NCBI GenBank assembly: GCA_021513695.1
Contig: CP084166.1
Location: forward strand, 1,056,001-1,120,000
Length of the DNA: 64,000 nt
Source of the DNA: Candidatus Heimdallarchaeum aukensis
GTDB lineage: Archaea > Asgardarchaeota > Heimdallarchaeia > Heimdallarchaeales > Heimdallarchaeaceae
Direction of reading: 5' to 3'
A program made the translations under genes and the position numbers. The notes below the pieces were generated by a model. It had not been told where the DNA came from. It worked only from the letters and a program-made list of their open reading frames with translations, and did not search any database. Shown here in pieces: positions 58,251 through 64,000 of this stretch. Positions within the stretch are counted from its first letter, which is position 1. Every line of letters begins with the position of its first letter.

Positions 58251-59762
58251 TTGACCAATGAGGAAATAGAGCAATTAAATCAAGTTAATTTGTTAATATA
58301 TCAAAATAAAGATTTTTTTTCTTCAGATATTTTTCCTACAGAAATCATAGAAGATTCAAAACGTAAAGAGATTAAAAAAGACATAAAGGAATTATTAAAT
58401 GTTGATTTCTTTACTAAAAGTGAGATTTACCCTCTTGTTAGTTATTTCAAGGGGTGGAACTATTCAACTAAAACTTTTTCTACCGAGAATCTTTTTGCGA
58501 TAAGAAAAAATAATGAATCATCTAGTTTGGTTAATATAACACTAATTAAAGAAGAGGTTAATTTAATTAAGTCTCTTCAAGAGATCGGTTTTATTCTTGA
58601 TACACTTGATGGTATTTATAATAAAATCGTCCTATTACAATCTCAGCTCTCAACAATGGAAAGAAGTAAAGAAGAAGAACCTTATTTAGAATTAGAAAAA
58701 AAACTCGACCTCCTTGGAAAATACTATCATTGGATGCTTTCTGAAGAGAAGTCTTTGTCTACTAAAGAAAAAGAAAACATAGTCCAAAAAACAATGTTAA
58801 CAACTGTTCTTTTACTTAGATTAAAAATTCGTTCAGATAGACTTCAATGTTTAGGTGCTTGTAATAAAACTTTCTCAAAAGAAGAATATGCTTCAAAGGA
58901 AGATTGTGACTGTAAAGGTGAAATTGTTTCTGCCCCACCATATTTTGAAATAACTGATATTTCATTTGTTTATCCTGAACAATATAGCGACATAATTCAA
59001 GAAGAAAGGGAATCTTCACCTAAAGGGATTATCGAAAAAGTCAATCGGGCGACTTTTCCTTATCCTCTATTATTATTATTGAACCAAATTAATCATTCAT
59101 ACTTCAGTAAAAATCTAATATTTCCAAAGTATAGTCTTTGGGAATATACAAGTACAAGAGACATAACAAAAATCAATTTTGACTTCTTATCGATAACAGA
59201 TACTGAAGCTTTCTTAGTAGCTTATGTTAGTGATTCAAGATTTTATCATGAAAATTTAGAATCCTCGGTAATAATTCCTGTTCTCTCAAGAAAAATAACA
59301 AGTAATCTTAAAGAAGGATATAGTTGGCATTCTACTATAGAAAATACTCAAATAAATCATTGGAAGATTACACCGTTCATTCCTCTCTCTGATATTAGAA
59401 AATACATGAAGTTAGAAGACATTCGATTAATAAAAGTTGAAGAAAAAACAGAAGAAGTTTTAGATAAAATAACTCAAGAAGAGGAAATACCACTTTCCCA
59501 AAGTCAATTAGAAGAAAAAGAAGATAATAAAGAGAAAATAGTTGAATTTCAAGAGGAGAGCATAACAAGGCCTTTAGAAAAAAAAGTTGTTTATGGATCT
59601 AGAATTAATGTTATAAAAAGAGAAGAAGAAAAAGAAGAAATAGAAATTCCACAGTTTGAAAGACCTATTGGAGAACAAGAAACTACAAAGCTGGAAGAAC
59701 AAGAAACTACAAAGCTGGAAGAACAAGAAGAACAAAAAGAGGAGGAAGAGAACAATGAGTAA
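58251..59762 (+). CDS. Hypothetical K/E-rich protein with C-terminal tandem QETTKLEE repeats
   Basis: 503-aa ORF (TTG start in track). A 24-bp tandem duplication at 59664-59711 encodes the repeated EQETTKLE. Confidence 0.45.
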   Translation: MTNEEIEQLNQVNLLIYQNKDFFSSDIFPTEIIEDSKRKEIKKDIKELLNVDFFTKSEIYPLVSYFKGWNYSTKTFSTENLFAIRKNNESSSLVNITLIKEEVNLIKSLQEIGFILDTLDGIYNKIVLLQSQLSTMERSKEEEPYLELEKKLDLLGKYYHWMLSEEKSLSTKEKENIVQKTMLTTVLLLRLKIRSDRLQCLGACNKTFSKEEYASKEDCDCKGEIVSAPPYFEITDISFVYPEQYSDIIQEERESSPKGIIEKVNRATFPYPLLLLLNQINHSYFSKNLIFPKYSLWEYTSTRDITKINFDFLSITDTEAFLVAYVSDSRFYHENLESSVIIPVLSRKITSNLKEGYSWHSTIENTQINHWKITPFIPLSDIRKYMKLEDIRLIKVEEKTEEVLDKITQEEEIPLSQSQLEEKEDNKEKIVEFQEESITRPLEKKVVYGSRINVIKREEEKEEIEIPQFERPIGEQETTKLEEQETTKLEEQEEQKEEEENNE

Positions 59763-61038
59763 AATATTTCAACTAACAAGTCATTTGAAATACGTTCCCA
59801 AAGACACTATTGATTTGATTAGTGAGTTTGATCAATTATTCTCATCGTTTAAATCTCAAATAAAGAAATTTATCTTAACTCAACCTACTTTTCTTCAAGA
59901 GATTAGAAATCAAATTAAATCAGAGATAGGATTCCTTTCTCCTCAGCAAAAGAATATGGCTTTAGCTTTATATGGTATTATTATCACAGAAGATATTCTA
60001 AAGGAATATTCTCCTTCTCAATACGTAAATGATATTTCTTTTCTCCTAGAAGCTACAGAAAAGAAGAACAAATGCACAGATGACGAATTTATTGGAATTG
60101 TTACAACCTACATCAATTGCTTAAAAGTAGCTCAAACATCTACTAATGCCGTTATCAACAGTTTCATTGAATTAAAAGGTGTTGGAATTGATGATGAAAT
60201 AATAACTGGAATATTAATCAGAAGATACTATTACTATATTTTTACTGAGATTAATGAAATGTTTGAGATTGCAGAGTTTCCTATTGATATAAGATGGATT
60301 ACAGCTTTGCTTGCTTATTCATTAGAAACAGCTGTTCAAAAAACAAAACAGCAGGATGATTCGAAATCCATTTCTGGGATTTATCGTAAGATATTAAACA
60401 AGTATCCCCCTTGTGATGGTTCAAAATATATTTTTGATTTGATTTATGAATTTGTAATCAAAGAGTACTATGACATATTAGATAGAACCTTCAAACAGAG
60501 AGCAGAACTAAAGAAAATTGAAAGAGGGCTTTTAAAGAAAGAAGACTCTTCTAAGGAAGTAAAAGAAGCATCCAAAGAAGAAGCGAAAAGAAAAACAGAA
60601 CATCTCATTACAGTTATTGAAAAGGCTATTTCTGAAACTTTGAAATTTAACAGGGATTTTGACGAAAGAAAGCGTAAAAATTTGGAAGCAAATATTGAAA
60701 CATCATTAAAAAGGCTAGCTTTTGACGAATTTGGTGTTCAAGATATAGCTGATGAGGAAAAATACATGACCTATCTGTTAGAAAGTTGGTTCAAGTTATT
60801 TTTAGAATGGCCTCAAATGGTTATTCCTATTATAAACTTGACTGCTTACTCACGATTCCTAAATGATCCTGTAAATTATATTAAAAAGCACAAAGATGAA
60901 ATTGAAAGGCAACTTCAATTTAAAATAAGAAGACAAATAGGAGGGGAAAGAATGACACCCAAGAATTTATCTGAAGCTTTTTCAAAACTACTTTATGAAA
61001 TTCTTAACAATTCTTCTGTTAGAACACTTACAATTTAA
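59755..61038 (+). CDS. Hypothetical protein, translationally coupled to the upstream gene (start reassigned to MSKIFQ)
   Basis: An ATG at 59755 overlaps the upstream stop by 8 bp and is preceded by GGAGGA at 59741-59746. The longer track ORF would overlap 107 bp out of frame. Confidence 0.45.
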   Translation: MSKIFQLTSHLKYVPKDTIDLISEFDQLFSSFKSQIKKFILTQPTFLQEIRNQIKSEIGFLSPQQKNMALALYGIIITEDILKEYSPSQYVNDISFLLEATEKKNKCTDDEFIGIVTTYINCLKVAQTSTNAVINSFIELKGVGIDDEIITGILIRRYYYYIFTEINEMFEIAEFPIDIRWITALLAYSLETAVQKTKQQDDSKSISGIYRKILNKYPPCDGSKYIFDLIYEFVIKEYYDILDRTFKQRAELKKIERGLLKKEDSSKEVKEASKEEAKRKTEHLITVIEKAISETLKFNRDFDERKRKNLEANIETSLKRLAFDEFGVQDIADEEKYMTYLLESWFKLFLEWPQMVIPIINLTAYSRFLNDPVNYIKKHKDEIERQLQFKIRRQIGGERMTPKNLSEAFSKLLYEILNNSSVRTLTI

Positions 61039-61040
61039 AA

Positions 61041-62147
61041 TTATATTTTTTCTTTAGATATAGCTAATTTTTCAATTTTTTCTTGGATTACATTAACACC
61101 TATTCCATTTTCTTTAGGAACCCCTAACTCTCCGTTATTGTCTAGTTTGAAGATAGGATCAATTATGTATTCTGTAAAGTATCTTTCACTTTCACTTATA
61201 TCATTTGGTAAGGTGAAATTTTTCATACTCGCTACTGCAACATTCTTTGCTCTACCAATCCCTGTTTCTAACATCCCTCCAACCCATAGAGGTACTTTGA
61301 ATTCTTCTGCCAATCTATGAATTTCTAAAGTTTCAGTTATTCCTCCCACTCGTGAAGGTTTAATATTGATTATTCTTGTTGCATCCATTTCTAAAGCATG
61401 TTTAGCATCATCAAAACTTTTTATTGACTCGTCTAGACATATGGGGGTAGATATCATTTTTTGTAATTTTGAATGCTCTATTATATCCTTATAATGTAAA
61501 GGCTGTTCGATCATCATTAAATCATATTTATCCAATTTTTTGAATATTTCAGCATCTTTCAAACTATAAGCTGCATTAGCATCTACCATCAAACCTAAAT
61601 CTGGAAAATGATCTCTTATTTGTTTTATTATCTCTACATCCCAACCAGGTTCTATTTTGATTTTTACACGTTTGTATTTTTTTTCAATTGCATATTCTAT
61701 TTTTTGAAGTAAAACTGCGAAATCATTTTCAATCCCTAAGCTAATTCCAGAAGGAATTTTGTTTTTCGTTCCTCCTAGAAGCTCTGAAAGAGATTTACCT
61801 TTTATCGTACCATATAAATCCCACAAAGCATCTTCTACACAAGCTTTTGCCATTGGGTTTCCACGTATTTTAGAAACAATAGAAGTAAAATCTTTTGGAT
61901 GCTCAATTTCTTTTTCTTTTTTCAACCATGGGCCAATGAATTTCTTAATAATGTATGTAACTGAATTATTTGTTTCTGGGGAATACCAAGGTCCTGTATC
62001 AGTTACACTTTCTCCCCACCCACATAGGTCTCCAGATTGAAGTTTAGTTAAGACAATTTCTCTTGTTTTTTGAACGCCAAAACTTGTTCTAAAAGGTCTT
62101 TTCAAGTTCATAATTATTTTATAAATAGTTACAGAGTCTATTTTCAT
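61041..62147 (-). CDS. Enolase-superfamily enzyme, MR/MLE subgroup (o-succinylbenzoate synthase or N-acyl-amino-acid racemase-like)
   Basis: N-terminal capping domain (IYKIIMNLKRPFRTSFG), KxK (VKIKIEPGWD) and metal ligands D (MVDANAAY), E (MIEQPL), D (LDES). Confidence 0.8.
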   Translation of the reverse strand: MKIDSVTIYKIIMNLKRPFRTSFGVQKTREIVLTKLQSGDLCGWGESVTDTGPWYSPETNNSVTYIIKKFIGPWLKKEKEIEHPKDFTSIVSKIRGNPMAKACVEDALWDLYGTIKGKSLSELLGGTKNKIPSGISLGIENDFAVLLQKIEYAIEKKYKRVKIKIEPGWDVEIIKQIRDHFPDLGLMVDANAAYSLKDAEIFKKLDKYDLMMIEQPLHYKDIIEHSKLQKMISTPICLDESIKSFDDAKHALEMDATRIINIKPSRVGGITETLEIHRLAEEFKVPLWVGGMLETGIGRAKNVAVASMKNFTLPNDISESERYFTEYIIDPIFKLDNNGELGVPKENGIGVNVIQEKIEKLAISKEKI

Positions 62148-62243
62148 TTCAAGATAACACTCTATCTTGTTTTATAACAATTACGTATATTTTTTGCAAA
62201 CAACTCTTTTAAGTGTCGATAAAAAGTATAGACAGTTCTTGAA

Positions 62244-62267
62244 AATGTCGAAAAAAATATCGACATT
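62244..62267. promoter_or_regulatory. 8-bp inverted repeat AATGTCGA-(8 nt)-TCGACATT, with a third TGTCGA half-site at 62214-62219, upstream of the enolase-family gene
   Basis: Seen directly in the 130-bp intergenic region. Confidence 0.3.
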
Positions 62268-62277
62268 TCTCTAAAAA

Positions 62278-63120
62278 TTAAAGTTCAAAATTTTTTTGCA
62301 GGACATAATAAGACTCTATTTCCTCTGGATTCTTTATTACATAGAGATCCACGATTGTATAATTCTTCTTCAAGTAATGTTGGAAAACTTTTCTTGTCTT
62401 CATTCTCCATTCTATTGCTAAAGAGTTATTTTCTTTCTTTATTTCATTAATGTTCGGGGGTATTCTTACAAATAGTAAATCTTTGCTAGCATTTAGTTTC
62501 AAATCCTTAGGGTGTAAAAATTTGTCTTTTTTTTCAGCAGATAAGACTAAATTTACAGATTTTAATGAGCTAGAATAATCATCAAATTTACTTTGAAGTC
62601 TATCTTCCACTCTTCTGCTTTCTATATACCAGTTTACATAGAATCTATCTGTCGGTAATCCTATGTTCTCTGCATCATGCATTTCTCCCCAGTAATTCTC
62701 CTTGTAAGTGTTACATACCGCCCCTAACTTGTGAAGATTTAGAAAAGCGTTCTTGCTTTGTAGAGGATCAAAAGTCCAATTAATTAGTTTAAACCCTTTT
62801 TTTATAGCCCATTTTCTCTGCTCTAGCTTTAACTTAAAACCTAAGCCTAGATTCTGATAATCTTTTTTAACTGCGTTATGGTGTGAGTAAATGAAAAACC
62901 CATATTCTGAAAGATTTCCAATCCATCCCCACACATAACCTATAAGTTCATCCTTTTTATATGCACCAATGAGAACAGCGCCACTCCTTTTAGTTGCTTT
63001 AAATAATCTCCTTGGAACTAATTCTAGATCAGGCATACCCCAAGCTTCTCTCTCAATAGCTTCTATTTCACTGAAACTTTTTTCATCTTCTATCTCTTTG
63101 AAAATGATTTCACTAGACAT
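62278..63120 (-). CDS. GNAT-like acyltransferase-fold protein
   Basis: Motif-A-like QNLGLGFKLKLEQRKWAIKKG. 280 aa. Confidence 0.45.
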   Translation of the reverse strand: MSSEIIFKEIEDEKSFSEIEAIEREAWGMPDLELVPRRLFKATKRSGAVLIGAYKKDELIGYVWGWIGNLSEYGFFIYSHHNAVKKDYQNLGLGFKLKLEQRKWAIKKGFKLINWTFDPLQSKNAFLNLHKLGAVCNTYKENYWGEMHDAENIGLPTDRFYVNWYIESRRVEDRLQSKFDDYSSSLKSVNLVLSAEKKDKFLHPKDLKLNASKDLLFVRIPPNINEIKKENNSLAIEWRMKTRKVFQHYLKKNYTIVDLYVIKNPEEIESYYVLQKNFEL

Positions 63121-63298
63121 AAAATCAAATTAAAAATAATAAAAGAAGATATAAACGTTTACGATGGTTTACTTTTTCTGAAATACGAAATCATAGGAAA
63201 AAGTGAAAAAAGAAGAGAAGAAAGAAAAAAAAGAGGAAGGAGAAGAGGAGAGGAGAGGGAAAATGAGGGTTTTATATAGGGGAAAAAAGTAAGAAGAA

Positions 63299-64000
63299 AT
63301 GAAAGAAAAAATGAGTAGAAAGGTGTGGCGAACTGAGGAAATATGGGTGAAGGATTCGATCACTCTAAAACAGTTGGCACACAAGGTAAAAAACTTGTAT
63401 AATCAAGCAAATTATATTATTAAGTATCAGTTAAGAAAAAGTAAATATTTCACAAAAGAGTTTGAACTGATGAATATTTTAAGGTATCACCCGACTTACA
63501 CAGCTTTACCTGGTCATACGGCACAACGGACGATAAAGTTTCTATGTTTAGCGTGGAAAGGGTATTTTAGGTCTTTAGAAGAATGGAAAAAGGAACCAGA
63601 AAAGTTTAACGGTAAACCCTGTCCTCCAAGATATAAGAAGAAAGAAGGACTTGCTATAATCTATTTTACTAACTCTCAAGTGAAAATTAAAGAAGAAAAA
63701 GAACAAGAAAAAGAAAAATTTTTTATCTCTTTCCCTAAACGTGTAGGACTAAAGATAGTTACAAGACTGTCTCCTTCAACGAAAGTGAAGTTTGCCCGTC
63801 TCATACCTATGGGGACGAAGTTTAAATTAGAGATAGTTTACGAGAAAGAGGTAGAAGAACAAAAAAAAACGACATGCAGAAAGAGTTCTAGCTCTTGATC
63901 TGGGAGTGAATAATTTAGTCGCAGGTTTAACCACTATTCCAGGTGAAAAAGGTTTTCTGATAAATGGTAGACCCATTAAAGCTGTTAACCAGTGGTTTAA
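63299..64000 (+). pseudogene. tnpB: IS200/IS605-family TnpB (OrfB) gene, frameshifted around the A9 run at 63861-63869, continuing beyond the window end
   Basis: N-terminal block TALPGHTAQRTIKFLCLAWKGYF and PCPPRYKKK are OrfB_IS605-like. After the frameshift the next frame reads RVLALDLGVNNLVAGLTTIPGEKGFLINGRPIKAVNQWF (RuvC-I D-containing block). Confidence 0.7.

Noticed and set aside
63169-63384. Minus-strand 71-aa Ser/Phe-rich ORF
   Set aside because: Translation of a polypyrimidine (complement of polypurine) tract. No coding signal.
1-64000. CRISPR arrays, rRNA genes, integrase next to the tRNA
   Set aside because: No array of regularly spaced direct repeats, no rRNA-like conserved stretches, and no tyrosine or serine recombinase motif were found by eye.

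Overview
This is an AT-rich (roughly 30% GC) archaeal chromosomal window. The evidence for archaeal origin is an Orc1/Cdc6 replication protein, an archaeal-type peroxiredoxin ending in the C-terminal CxDWWFC motif, an AMP phosphorylase, several Lrp/AsnC regulators, many surface proteins with C-terminal TM anchors, and leaderless or tightly overlapping genes. Protein composition (Lys/Glu/Ile/Asn-rich) and several eukaryote-flavoured domains (a RING-like finger, Roadblock-like folds, FG-GAP beta-propeller repeats) fit an Asgard/Lokiarchaeia-like genome, but that cannot be proven from sequence alone.

The housekeeping content is: glnA with a divergent lrp, adenine deaminase, DegV, a MacB-type ABC exporter (ATPase plus FtsX permease), AlaX, AMP phosphorylase, Orc1/Cdc6, peroxiredoxin, two MFS transporters, a TauE/SafE exporter, an MBL hydrolase, alpha/beta hydrolases and an enolase-superfamily enzyme.

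The accessory content is:
- a frameshifted IS6-family element nested in a degraded IS200/605 tnpB remnant, and a second, frameshifted tnpB at the right edge of the window;
- a tRNA-Pro(GGG) flanked on both sides by candidate defence genes: an OLD-family ATPase-Toprim nuclease with uncharacterised partners and an HD protein on one side, and a LOG/SLOG-like protein with an unknown partner plus a TPR protein with a GIY-YIG (Uri) nuclease on the other;
- a radical-SAM/SPASM maturase translationally coupled to a 68-aa acidic peptide (a RiPP-like pair);
- an operon of a vWA surface protein with a membrane-anchored RING-like zinc-finger protein, divergent from a wHTH + ParA/MinD-like + membrane-protein operon, the two sharing an 18-bp direct repeat;
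- a trio of paralogous membrane proteins, one ending in a zinc ribbon;
- a DNA methyltransferase next to an RHH plus retropepsin-like protease pair.

No CRISPR array and no rRNA were seen. All functional calls come from motif recognition by eye. No database search was run.
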